The position numbers and the translations under genes are program-made. Positions 17,355-26,222 of a DNA stretch of 49,431 bases are shown in pieces; position 1 is the first letter of the stretch, and each line of letters opens with the position of its first letter. The stretch spans positions 1-49,431 of the forward strand of contig CAZPOK010000001.1 of assembly GCA_964587905.1 (NCBI GenBank), in the 5' to 3' direction. Under the pieces are notes generated by a model. That model saw only the letters and a program-made list of their open reading frames with translations. It had not been told where the DNA came from and did not search any database. The DNA is from an uncultured Rhodobacterales bacterium (lineage in GTDB: Bacteria > Pseudomonadota > Alphaproteobacteria > Rhodobacterales > Rhodobacteraceae).

Positions 17355-18111
17355 CTTCGAGCGCCCTGCCCATGTAGGCCTCCTGCACGACATCCGAGGC
17401 TATGACGGTGGCCGGATCGCCATCTGCGGCGAGCGCCCCGTTGTGAAGAACGATGATCCGGTCGGCCAGCGCGCGGATCACGTCCATCTTGTGCTCGACG
17501 AGGAGAATTGTCCGGTCGCTATCGGCCTTCAGTTCCGCGATGAGTTCCAGGACGACGGGCGCCTCGTCCATGCTCATGCCCGCCGTCGGCTCGTCGAACA
17601 TGTAGACGACCGGGTCGAGCGCGATCAGCAGCGCGACCTCGAGCTTCCTCTGGTTGCCGTGGCTGAGTTCGCTGACGTTCTGATCCCTGAGCCGGTCGAG
17701 ACGCACCCGCTCGAGCACGGCGAGCGCCGCCGTCGTGAGTTCGACATGGGAGGCCGCCATGCTGAAGAGATTGAACCCCATCCGCCGGCGCGCCTGGATC
17801 ACGAGGCGCACGTTCTCGAGGACCGACAGGTTCGGGAACAGGTTGGTGAGCTGGAACGCGCGTCCCAGCCCTTTCCGGCAGCGGTCGGCGACGGAGGCAC
17901 GGGTGACGTCCTCACCCAGGAGCTTCACGCTGCCCGCAGACGCCGGAATCTGACCGGAAATGAGATTGAAATACGTCGTCTTTCCCGCGCCGTTCGGGCC
18001 GACGATCGCGGTGAGTTCCCCCGCGTGGAAGGCACAGGTCACGGCGTCGACCGCGACGTGGCCGCCGAAGCGAACGGTCAGCCCATCCGTCTCAAGGAGC
18101 GTCTGCGTCAT
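17347..18111 (-). CDS. HAAT-family ABC transporter ATP-binding protein, LivG-like (transporter 1)
   Basis: 254 aa. It has Walker A GPNGAGKTT, signature LSHGNQRKLE and Walker B YMFDEP. Confidence 0.85.
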   Translation of the reverse strand: MTQTLLETDGLTVRFGGHVAVDAVTCAFHAGELTAIVGPNGAGKTTYFNLISGQIPASAGSVKLLGEDVTRASVADRCRKGLGRAFQLTNLFPNLSVLENVRLVIQARRRMGFNLFSMAASHVELTTAALAVLERVRLDRLRDQNVSELSHGNQRKLEVALLIALDPVVYMFDEPTAGMSMDEAPVVLELIAELKADSDRTILLVEHKMDVIRALADRIIVLHNGALAADGDPATVIASDVVQEAYMGRALEDV

Positions 18112-18133
18112 GGGTCATGCTCTTCGCGGAGTT

Positions 18134-18164
18134 GAGGCGGGGACCGCAGCGGCCCCCGCGCCTC
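18134..18164 (-). other. Imperfect GC-rich hairpin between the binding-protein gene and the ATPase genes of transporter 1
   Basis: GAGGCG(GGG)...(CCC)CGCCTC arms read directly in the 58-nt spacer. No U-tract follows, so it is more likely a processing or stability element than a terminator. Confidence 0.35.
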
Positions 18165-18169
18165 GAACG

Positions 18170-19339
18170 TCAGTTGCGGATCGGGATATCCATGTCCTCG
18201 ATGCCAAGCTCGCGGACAAGGACGGGGACGCCGTAGTCCCGGCCCTCCTGGACTTCGGTCCGGAAGTGATACATCGCCTGGAGCGCCTGGTGGTCCTCGG
18301 GACGGAAGCGCATCAGGCCTTTGGGCGTCATCCACTCCATCCCCTCCATCGCCGCGATCAGCGCCTCGGTGTCGGTCGAGCCCGCCTTCTTGATCGCCTC
18401 GACGACCGCGAGGCCCGCCGCCATGCCGCCGGCCGTGAAGAAGTCCGGCGGCGTGCCGAACCGCTCCATGTGCTCGGCCACGAGCCAGTCGTTCACGTCG
18501 TTGTCGGGGATCTCGTAGTAGTAGTAGGTCGCGCCCTCCATCCCCGGGAGCTCCCTGTAGGCCGTGAGCGCCGCGAGGATGTTGCCGCCGGTCGCGATCT
18601 CGATCCCGAAGCGCGACGGATCCATGGCGTTGATCTTGCTCATCGGATTTCCGCCGCCGGCCCAGATGATGAAGAGCTTCTTCTCGCCCTCGACACCCTC
18701 CATCGCGTTGAAGATCCGCTCCGCGGCCGCGGTGAAGTCGGTCGCGTCCGTCGGCACGTACTCCTCGTGGACCACCTCCGCACCGGTCTTCTCGAGCGCC
18801 TCCCTGAACGCGGCCACGCCATCACGGCCGAAGGCGTAGTCCTGGGCCAGAGTCGCGATCTTCACGTTTTCGCCGCCGAGCGCGACAGCGTTCGAAATCG
18901 CGTCCTGCGAGGAGTTGCGGCCGGTGCGGAAGACGTAGCGGTTCCAATCGCGGCCGGTGATCGAATCCGCGACGGCCGGCTCCACGATGAGGATGCGCTC
19001 GTATTCCTCCGCGACGGGCAACATCGCCAGCGCGACGCCGGAACTCACAGGGCCCACGGCGATATGGGCATCGTCGTCGCCGTAGGCCTCGGCAAGCAGA
19101 GCCTTGCCCACGTCGGGCTTCAGTTGGGTGTCCTTCTCGATCACCACGACCGGCTCGCCGCCGATCTCCATCGTTCCGCCGGTGCCGTATTCGAGGCCCA
19201 TCATCAATCCGGTGTGCGACTGCGCCGCGTAGGCTTCGAGCGCCCCGGTCTTTCCGTAGACATGCGCGATCCGAATCTCGGCTGCGGCCGGGGTCGCGAG
19301 CAGAGTCGCAACCAGGCCCGTAGCGAAAAGGCGTTTCAT
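18170..19339 (-). CDS. HAAT-family periplasmic substrate-binding protein (transporter 1)
   Basis: I prefer start ATG 19339 (MKRLFATGLVATLLATPAAAEIRIAHV...), which has GGAGGAG upstream and a signal peptide. The track start at 19408 lies inside the operator repeat. 389 aa, Leu/Ile/Val-binding-protein-like fold. Confidence 0.85.
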   Translation of the reverse strand: MKRLFATGLVATLLATPAAAEIRIAHVYGKTGALEAYAAQSHTGLMMGLEYGTGGTMEIGGEPVVVIEKDTQLKPDVGKALLAEAYGDDDAHIAVGPVSSGVALAMLPVAEEYERILIVEPAVADSITGRDWNRYVFRTGRNSSQDAISNAVALGGENVKIATLAQDYAFGRDGVAAFREALEKTGAEVVHEEYVPTDATDFTAAAERIFNAMEGVEGEKKLFIIWAGGGNPMSKINAMDPSRFGIEIATGGNILAALTAYRELPGMEGATYYYYEIPDNDVNDWLVAEHMERFGTPPDFFTAGGMAAGLAVVEAIKKAGSTDTEALIAAMEGMEWMTPKGLMRFRPEDHQALQAMYHFRTEVQEGRDYGVPVLVRELGIEDMDIPIRN

Positions 19340-19389
19340 CGTGGGTCTCCTCCCCGAGTTGGTTGTTCTTTGTTCTTCATGAAAGATGA

Positions 19390-19411
19390 AACATGAATCA
19401 TTATTCACGTC
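19390..19411. promoter_or_regulatory. Candidate TetR operator (copy 2): AACATGAATCATTATTCACGTC
   Basis: It matches the 13748..13769 palindrome at 20 of 22 positions. Its centre lies about 61 nt upstream of the binding-protein ATG, in an AT-richer stretch within the 290-nt gap after the fadB-like gene. Confidence 0.65.
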
Positions 19412-19629
19412 AATTCGGAGATCGAGGCTGGAGACCCCGCAAGATGGATCTGGACTGCGAGACCCGAGTATCGGACATTCGCCGACAAGCGCCGGTGTGG
19501 CCGCGAAGGGTCGGCTCCGATGGTGCAGTCTCCGCCTGCTCGGCGCGAAGGGTGAAACCTATCGCTGCCTCCGCTGGATCAGCGACTCGACGGCTTTGAC
19601 AGCACCGCTGTCGCGGACGTCGCTGCGCC

Positions 19630-21654
19630 TCAGCTCGTCGTCTCGGCCTGCTCGAGGAAGCGCAGAAGCGCTGGGCCGGGCGGCCGCCCGAGATCGGCAG
19701 CCAGCGCGGCGCGGCCTCGTCTGGCGCCATGGAACAACGGTCCGCCGCGCCAGCGCGGAAAGCCGTAGCCGTGGATTTCCACGAGATCCACGTCCTCCGG
19801 CGCGGCTGCGATCCGCTCGTCCAGGATCGCCGCCCCTTCCTCGGCCATCTCCGCCACCAGACGCAGCGCCAGCCCCTCGCCGACGGGCACCTCGCCCCCG
19901 GACTGCGAATGCGGCGCAAGCAGCCTGTCCACATCGGCGGATGGGCGCGGCGTCCGGTCGCCTTCGGCGTAATCATACCAGCCGGCTGCGGTCTTCTGGC
20001 CCTTGCGCCCGGCCCGGACCAGCACGTCGCCCAGGGTGTGCGGCACCGTCTCGCCTGCCTGCCGCGCGGCCTCGCGCTGCATGAAGGCGATATCGAGCCC
20101 CCCGAGATCCTGCGCCTCGAACGGCCCCATCGCCATGCCGAAGCGACGCATCGCGGCGTCGATATCCGCAATCGCGGCGCCCTCGCGAACCAGCGCTTCG
20201 GCCGCCGCCCGGTAACGCTTCAGAATGCGGTTGCCGATGAAGCCCTCGCAGATCCCGGCCTGCACCGGCATCTTGCCCAGCCGCTTGGCAAGGCCGAAAG
20301 CCGTGGCGCGCACGTCGTCTGCCGTTTCGGGGACCGGCACGACCTCAAGCAGCTTCATCACGTTGGCGGGGCTGAAGAAGTGCAGCCCGATGAAGCGCTC
20401 GGGGCCGGGCAGACCTTCGGCGATGGCGCGCGGGTCGATGTAGGACGTGTTCGTCGCCAAGATCGCGTCGGTCCGGCACGCCGCGCCCAGCCGGGCGAAG
20501 ACGTCGCGCTTGACGCTCAGATCCTCGAAAACCGCTTCGATGACGATATCCGCCTCGGCCAGCGCGCCGTAGTCGGTCGTGCCGATGACGCCCGCGATCC
20601 GCGACTCTGCCTCGGCCTCGGCAATCCTTCCACGCGTCACGCCGCCGGCATAAATCCGGCGCAGGCCATCGAGGCCACGCTGCACGGCCGCATCGTCCCG
20701 CTCGACGAGCGTCACCGGCAGCCCCGCGTCGCGCAGCGCCGCCGCGATGCCCGCGCCCATCGTGCCGCCGCCCACGACCGCGGCATGTCGCACGGGGCGG
20801 GGCGTCACGCCTTTGAGGTCCGCCGGCCGCGCCGCCGCGCGCTCGGCGAAGAACACATGGCGGAGCGCGGTCGCCTGATCGCTGTCGCGCAACTCCACGA
20901 AGGTCTCGCGCTCGAAGGCGAGCGCCATCTCCACGGTCGCCTCGGTCGCCGTGCGCAGACAGGCCAGCGCCCGGAGCGGCGCTTCCGCGCCCTTCGCGCG
21001 GCGCTTGACGGCGCTTTCGGCCTCTGGCCAGAACGCGGCCTCCGGCGCCTCGACGGGGCGTTCGATCACGGGCGGCGGGAGCGGACCCTGCACCGCCGCA
21101 CGAGCGAAGGCGACGGCGCCCGCCCGCAGATCGCCTTCGATCAGGGCGTCGACGAGGTCCATCTCCCGCGCCTTCGCCGCCGGCACCGGCCTGCCCGAGG
21201 TGACCATCTCGACCGCCGCGGGCACGCCGACCGCCCGAGGCAGCCTCACCGTGCCGCCGGCCCCCGGCACGACGCCCAGCCGCACTTCCGGCAGGCCCAG
21301 CTTCGCCTCCGGCAAGGCGACTCGGAAGCGGCACCCGAGCGCGATCTCGAGGCCCCCGCCCAGCGCCTGGCCATGGATCGCCGCGACCCACGGCGTCTCC
21401 GCCCGCTCCAGCCGCACGACCACGTCGGGCAGATGCGGCGGCTCCGGAGGTTTGCCGAACTCGCGCACATCGGCTCCGGCGATGAAGGTGCGTCCTGCGC
21501 ACAGAAGCACGACGGCCTGCACGCCGACATCCGCGTCGAGCGCCTCCGCAGCCTCGACCAGCCCTTTGCGGACGGATCGGCCGGCGGCGTTGACCGGCGG
21601 GTTGTCCACCGTGACGACCGCGATGTCGCCCTCGCGCTGGATCGATACGGTCAT
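19630..21654 (-). CDS. Bifunctional enoyl-CoA hydratase / 3-hydroxyacyl-CoA dehydrogenase (FadB/FadJ-type; candidate fused PaaF-PaaH)
   Basis: 674 aa. It has an N-terminal crotonase domain (VVTVDNPPVNA, FIAGADV), a Rossmann motif VVGGGTMGAGIA and 3-hydroxyacyl-CoA dehydrogenase C-terminal domains. It starts 1 nt after the LivF-like gene of transporter 2. Confidence 0.85.
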   Translation of the reverse strand: MTVSIQREGDIAVVTVDNPPVNAAGRSVRKGLVEAAEALDADVGVQAVVLLCAGRTFIAGADVREFGKPPEPPHLPDVVVRLERAETPWVAAIHGQALGGGLEIALGCRFRVALPEAKLGLPEVRLGVVPGAGGTVRLPRAVGVPAAVEMVTSGRPVPAAKAREMDLVDALIEGDLRAGAVAFARAAVQGPLPPPVIERPVEAPEAAFWPEAESAVKRRAKGAEAPLRALACLRTATEATVEMALAFERETFVELRDSDQATALRHVFFAERAAARPADLKGVTPRPVRHAAVVGGGTMGAGIAAALRDAGLPVTLVERDDAAVQRGLDGLRRIYAGGVTRGRIAEAEAESRIAGVIGTTDYGALAEADIVIEAVFEDLSVKRDVFARLGAACRTDAILATNTSYIDPRAIAEGLPGPERFIGLHFFSPANVMKLLEVVPVPETADDVRATAFGLAKRLGKMPVQAGICEGFIGNRILKRYRAAAEALVREGAAIADIDAAMRRFGMAMGPFEAQDLGGLDIAFMQREAARQAGETVPHTLGDVLVRAGRKGQKTAAGWYDYAEGDRTPRPSADVDRLLAPHSQSGGEVPVGEGLALRLVAEMAEEGAAILDERIAAAPEDVDLVEIHGYGFPRWRGGPLFHGARRGRAALAADLGRPPGPALLRFLEQAETTS

Positions 21655-21655
21655 C

Positions 21656-22357
21656 TCAGATTCCCAGATAGGCTTCGCGGACGCGCGGATCCTCGATCAG
21701 TTCCTGTGCGGTTCCCGACATCGGGATGCGGCCCGTCTCCATGACGTAGCCGCGATCGGCGATCGACAGGGCACCGAAGGCATTCTGCTCAACCAGCAGA
21801 ACGGTCACGCCGAGGTCACGCATGCTCTTCAGCACGTCGAAGATCTGCTCCACGAGGATCGGGGCGAGGCCCATGGAGGGCTCGTCCAGCAGCAGGCACG
21901 AGGGACGGCCCATCAGAGCCCGGGCGATGGCCAGCATCTGCTGCTGGCCGCCCGAGAGACCACCGGCCGAAAGGTTCCGCTTCTCCTTGAGGATCGGGAA
22001 CATCGCGAAGGCATCGGCGAGATCCTTCTCCACCCGCTCGTCGCGGTAGAGGAACGCGCCGAGACGGAGGTTCTCCTCGACCGACAGATTGGTGAAGATC
22101 TGCCGCCCCTCCGGCGATTGTGACAGGCCCAGCCGGATGCGCCGATGCGCGGGAACGCCTTCTAGCGGCTCACCACGGAACGTGATCGACCCGGCCGAGA
22201 CCGGCTGCACACCCGAAATGCAGCGCAGCAGGGTCGTCTTGCCTGCCCCGTTGGCACCCACGATGCAGACGGTCTCTCCGCTCGAAACGGTGAAATCGAT
22301 TCCGTGCAGCACCTCGATCCGGCCATAACGCGAGCGCAGTCCCTCAACTGTGAGCAT
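21656..22357 (-). CDS. HAAT-family ABC ATP-binding protein, LivF-like (transporter 2)
   Basis: 233 aa. It has Walker A GANGAGKTT, signature LSGGQQQML and Walker B LLLDEP. Confidence 0.85.
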   Translation of the reverse strand: MLTVEGLRSRYGRIEVLHGIDFTVSSGETVCIVGANGAGKTTLLRCISGVQPVSAGSITFRGEPLEGVPAHRRIRLGLSQSPEGRQIFTNLSVEENLRLGAFLYRDERVEKDLADAFAMFPILKEKRNLSAGGLSGGQQQMLAIARALMGRPSCLLLDEPSMGLAPILVEQIFDVLKSMRDLGVTVLLVEQNAFGALSIADRGYVMETGRIPMSGTAQELIEDPRVREAYLGI

Positions 22358-23129
22358 GGCTCGCCTCCTCCGCCTGGGTACCGAGATAGGCTTCGATCAC
22401 CGCAGGATCGCGGCTCACTGCCGCCGGGTCGCCCTCCGCGATCTTCTCCCCGTGATCGAGCACGACGATGTGGTTCGAGATGCGCATGACGAGTTTCATG
22501 TCGTGTTCCACCAGCAGGATTGCCACGCCCTCGGCGGCGACTTCCGCGATCAGCTTGTCGATCTCCTCCGTCTCCACCGCGTTGCAGCCGGCGGCGGGCT
22601 CGTCGAGCAGCAACACCGTGGGATCGAGCGCCAGCGCGCGCGCGATCTCCAGTTGCTTGAGCGCGCCGTAGGAGAGCGAGCCCGCCTCGTGCGCCGCGAC
22701 ACGCTCCAGGCCCACCCGCTCCAGCAGGCGGCGGGCACCGGTCTCGGCCTCCTGCGCGCGGCGGCGCGATCCGCGCAGGCCAAGCAGATCTGAGAGCACC
22801 GGTCCCCGCTCGCGCAGGTGGAAACCCGAGATGGCGTTCTCCAGCACCGTCATCTCCTGGAAGATCTGAAGGTTCTGGAAGGTCCGCGACAGACCACGCC
22901 GGGCAAGCAGGTGTGGTGTCACGCCGGTCACGTCTTCGCCCTCCAGCCGCACGCGGCCATGGGCCGGCAGATAGATGCCCGAGATCATGTTGAAGAGCGT
23001 CGTCTTGCCCGCGCCGTTCGGCCCGATGATCGAGACGATCTCCCCGCGCTTCACGGCGAAGCTCACGTCGTCCACTGCGCGCAGACCGCCGAACTCGATC
23101 CCGAGCCCGTCCACTTCGAGAATGCTCAT
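22344..23129 (-). CDS. HAAT-family ABC ATP-binding protein, LivG-like (transporter 2)
   Basis: Start ATG 23129 (MSILEVDGLGIEFGG...) forms an ATGA overlap with the permease stop. 261 aa. It has Walker A GPNGAGKTT and LLLDEPAAG. The longer track ORF to 23555 is an artefact. Confidence 0.85.
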   Translation of the reverse strand: MSILEVDGLGIEFGGLRAVDDVSFAVKRGEIVSIIGPNGAGKTTLFNMISGIYLPAHGRVRLEGEDVTGVTPHLLARRGLSRTFQNLQIFQEMTVLENAISGFHLRERGPVLSDLLGLRGSRRRAQEAETGARRLLERVGLERVAAHEAGSLSYGALKQLEIARALALDPTVLLLDEPAAGCNAVETEEIDKLIAEVAAEGVAILLVEHDMKLVMRISNHIVVLDHGEKIAEGDPAAVSRDPAVIEAYLGTQAEEASHAHS

Positions 23130-24082
23130 TCGCTTCTTCCTCCGATCAGGCGCAGGATCGTCGGCAGCAGGCCGGCCGGCAGGAAGATCATCACGCTCAT
23201 CATCACGAACCCGAGCATCAGTTGCTCGTATTCCGCGAAGACCGTGAGGACCTGCGGCAGCAGCGTCAGCACGCCGGCCCCGAAGATCGCGCCCAGCACA
23301 CTGGCCGCGCCGCCGAGCACGGCCATCGTGACGAGCTCGATCGAGTGCAGATAGCCCGCCACATCGGGCGTGATGAACCGGTTCTGGAACGCCAGAAGCG
23401 AACCGGAGACCGATGCGTAGATCGCCGAAATGACGAAGGCCTGCAGCTTCGCGCGCGCCACGTCCACGCCCACGGTGCGCGCGGCGACTTCGGAGCCGTG
23501 CAGCGCGCGCAACGCCCGGCCGGTCGGGCTGCGGTGCAGGTTCAGCGCGAGCCACGCGCCGAAGAGCAGCACCAGTCCCGAGAACCAGTACCAGAAGACC
23601 GAGCCTCTCAAGTCGAGACCGGCAAGCTCCAGAAGATCACGCAGGCCGAGTTCGGGCACGACGATGCCGTCCGGCCCGCCCGTGATCTCCGTCTCGTTGG
23701 CCAGCACCATCGCCACGAGGATGCCGAAGCCCAGCGTCGCGACCGCCAGATAATAGCCCTGGAGCCGCAGGATCGGCCGGCCGATCCCCCAGGCAACGAG
23801 GCCCGAGATCACCGCGCCCAGCACGGCTGCGAGTCCCGGGTGCAGACCGAGATATTCCGGCGCCAGCGCGCAGGCATAGGCGCCGATGCCGATAAAGCCC
23901 GCGTGCCCCAGGCTGATCTGGCCCGCGTAGCCCACGAGGATCACCAGGCCCGTCACGGCGAGCCCGTTGATGAAGATGAGCGAGCCCACCCGGTAGTAGA
24001 AGGAGGATGGAAAGAAGAACGGCGTGACCGCGATCAGCGCCGCCAGGACGAGCAGCGTCGCCCACTTGGCCGAGACAGGCAT
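23126..24082 (-). CDS. HAAT-family ABC permease, LivM-like (transporter 2)
   Basis: 318-aa polytopic ORF with ISLGHAGFIGIGAY. Confidence 0.85.
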   Translation of the reverse strand: MPVSAKWATLLVLAALIAVTPFFFPSSFYYRVGSLIFINGLAVTGLVILVGYAGQISLGHAGFIGIGAYACALAPEYLGLHPGLAAVLGAVISGLVAWGIGRPILRLQGYYLAVATLGFGILVAMVLANETEITGGPDGIVVPELGLRDLLELAGLDLRGSVFWYWFSGLVLLFGAWLALNLHRSPTGRALRALHGSEVAARTVGVDVARAKLQAFVISAIYASVSGSLLAFQNRFITPDVAGYLHSIELVTMAVLGGAASVLGAIFGAGVLTLLPQVLTVFAEYEQLMLGFVMMSVMIFLPAGLLPTILRLIGGRSE

Positions 24083-24954
24083 TAAACGCGCTCCGTGGAT
24101 TTGCGGCCGAAGAGACCCTGAGGCATGAAGAAGAGAACGGCCAGGATGACCACGAAGGTCGCGGCCTCCTTGTATTGCGAACTGAGATAGCCGGCGGTCA
24201 GCGCCTCGAGCACGCCCAGGATCAGCCCACCCGCGAGCGCGCCCTTGGGGTTGCCCATGCCGCCCAGCATCGCCGCCGCGAACCCCTTTAGCGCCAGCGC
24301 CACGCCGACGTCATAGCTCGTCAGCGTGATCGGCGTGATGAGCACGCCGGCGAGGGCTCCGATCGCCGCCGACAAGGCGAAGGACAGCGTCATCACCCAG
24401 TTGGTGTTGATGCCGACGAGCTTCGCGGCCAACCGGTTGTTCGAAGTGGCGAGCACCGCGCGCCCCGTCATGGTCCGCGTGAAAAACAGGTAGAGCGCGA
24501 CGAAGATCGCGGCGGCCCCGGCGACCACCCAGAGGCTCTGGGGCAGGATCGTGGCTCCCAGAAGTTCCAGCGGATCGTCGCCGGAGATGGACGGAAAGCG
24601 GTGGAGCTGTTTGTCGAAGACGATCTGCGTCACTCCGCGGATGAAGATCGACGCGCCGATCGTGATGATGATCAGCGACACGACGGGCGCGCCGCGTGCG
24701 GGTTCGATCGCCAGCTTGTTCAGCGCGACCCCGATCCCCGCCGTCACCAGTATGGCAACCAGCGCGGCCAGCGGCAGCGGCAGGCCCGCGGCGAAGGAGA
24801 AGACGGTGATCATCCCGCCCAGCATCACGAACTCGCCCTGGGCGAAGTTCACGACGTCGGAGGCGTTGTAGATGATCGTGAAACCGAGCGCGACCAGCGC
24901 GTAGACGGCGCCGACCGTGATCCCGGAGAAGAGGAACTGGATCAGTTCGGACAT
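24082..24954 (-). CDS. HAAT-family ABC permease, LivH-like (transporter 2)
   Basis: 290 aa, with VVNFAQGEFVMLG. Confidence 0.85.
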   Translation of the reverse strand: MSELIQFLFSGITVGAVYALVALGFTIIYNASDVVNFAQGEFVMLGGMITVFSFAAGLPLPLAALVAILVTAGIGVALNKLAIEPARGAPVVSLIIITIGASIFIRGVTQIVFDKQLHRFPSISGDDPLELLGATILPQSLWVVAGAAAIFVALYLFFTRTMTGRAVLATSNNRLAAKLVGINTNWVMTLSFALSAAIGALAGVLITPITLTSYDVGVALALKGFAAAMLGGMGNPKGALAGGLILGVLEALTAGYLSSQYKEAATFVVILAVLFFMPQGLFGRKSTERV

Positions 24955-25008
24955 GGATAAGCTGTCTCGGGAAATGGGCCGGCACCCAAGACGGCCGGCG
25001 TGAGAGGG

Positions 25009-25033
25009 GGCCCGCCCCTGTCAGGGGCGGGCC
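25009..25033 (-). other. Perfect 10-bp GC hairpin just after the binding-protein gene of transporter 2
   Basis: GGCCCGCCCC-TGTCA-GGGGCGGGCC read directly, 11 nt past the stop at 25044. No U-tract follows. It is a candidate intra-operon attenuator or 3'-end stabiliser. Confidence 0.5.
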
Positions 25034-25043
25034 GTTCTGGCGG

Positions 25044-26186
25044 TCAGTCGACGAGTGTCCAGGCGCCGTCGCGGATCTCCAGCATCAGGAAGTCGTCGGT
25101 GTCGAGACCGAGGTGGTCCTCGGGCGTCATGTTGACGATGCCGGTGGTCCCCACGAGGCCCTCGGTCTGCTCGATCGCGTCGCGGATCGCCTGCGGATCG
25201 CTGGACCCGGCGCGCTCGATCGCGTCCTTGAGGATCATCATGGCGTCGTGCGCATAGCCGCCGAAGGTGGAGACGGGCTCGTCATAGGTATCCTCGTAGG
25301 CCGTCTTGTAGTTCACGACGACCTCGCGCTGCGGATGATCCTCCGGCAGGCCCTCTCCCACCAGAAGCGCGGTGCCGGGCAGACGCACGCCCTCGGCCGC
25401 CTCGGCGCCGGCGAGGTCGATGAAGCTGTTGGAGGCCACGCCGTGCGACTGGTAGAGCGGCATGTCGAGCGCGAGCTGCGAGAAGTTCCGCGTGACGATG
25501 GCCGGGCCCTGTCCGAAGCCCGGGTTCAGAACCGCCTGCACGCCCTCGGTGTTCCTGATGTTGGTGAGCTGCGGGGTCATGTCTGCATCGCGCGGCCCGT
25601 AGCGTTCGTCGGCCAGCACCTCGATCCCGTACTCTGCCACGACGTCGAGGCACTGCTCGCGCATCGAGTTGCCGAAGCCGCCGGTCCCCGAGATCATCCC
25701 GATCTGCGTGATGTCCCGTCCTTGCATGTCCTCGAAGATCTTCTGGCAGGCCATCCGGTCGGTATGCGGCGTCTTGAAGACGTAGTCCTTGACCGGATCG
25801 ACGATGACGATGGCACCTGCGAGCGAGATGAAGGGCACTTCCTCGGACTCGACCATCGGCACCATCGCCATGGTCGTGCCGGTGGTGGTGCCGCCGATGA
25901 TCGCGTGCACCTCGTCGTCCTCGATCAGGCGAGTGGCGAAGGTGCGTGCCTTGTTCGCATCGCCGCCGTCATCATACATTATCAGTTCGACCTGCTCGCC
26001 GTTGATGCCGCCTTCCTCGTTGATCTGCTCGACGAGCATCTCCAGCGTCTTGGCCTCGGGATCGCCGAGAAAGCTTGCCGGGCCGGTCTCCGACAGCGTC
26101 GCGCCGAGGCGAATTTCGGCTTGCGCCGCGCCGGCGAGCCCGAGCGCCGCGATGGCGGCGATGGCGGTGGTGGTCCGAGTCTTCAT
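25044..26186 (-). CDS. HAAT-family periplasmic substrate-binding protein (transporter 2)
   Basis: 380 aa. It has the signal peptide MKTRTTTAIAAIAALGLAGAAQA and a type-I periplasmic binding fold pattern. Confidence 0.85.
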   Translation of the reverse strand: MKTRTTTAIAAIAALGLAGAAQAEIRLGATLSETGPASFLGDPEAKTLEMLVEQINEEGGINGEQVELIMYDDGGDANKARTFATRLIEDDEVHAIIGGTTTGTTMAMVPMVESEEVPFISLAGAIVIVDPVKDYVFKTPHTDRMACQKIFEDMQGRDITQIGMISGTGGFGNSMREQCLDVVAEYGIEVLADERYGPRDADMTPQLTNIRNTEGVQAVLNPGFGQGPAIVTRNFSQLALDMPLYQSHGVASNSFIDLAGAEAAEGVRLPGTALLVGEGLPEDHPQREVVVNYKTAYEDTYDEPVSTFGGYAHDAMMILKDAIERAGSSDPQAIRDAIEQTEGLVGTTGIVNMTPEDHLGLDTDDFLMLEIRDGAWTLVD

Positions 26187-26222
26187 TTGGGTCTCCTCCC
26201 TGAGATTGACCTGTGGACGGCC

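Noticed and set aside
19339-19408. Shared MNNDSCF N-terminus of the track ORF 18170..19408 and of a 28-codon minus-strand ORF starting at 13766
   Set aside because: The identical peptide start is only the translation of the repeated operator sequence (ATGAATAATGATTCATGTTTC). The binding protein has a proper SD and signal peptide at ATG 19339, and the 13766 ORF stops after 28 codons.
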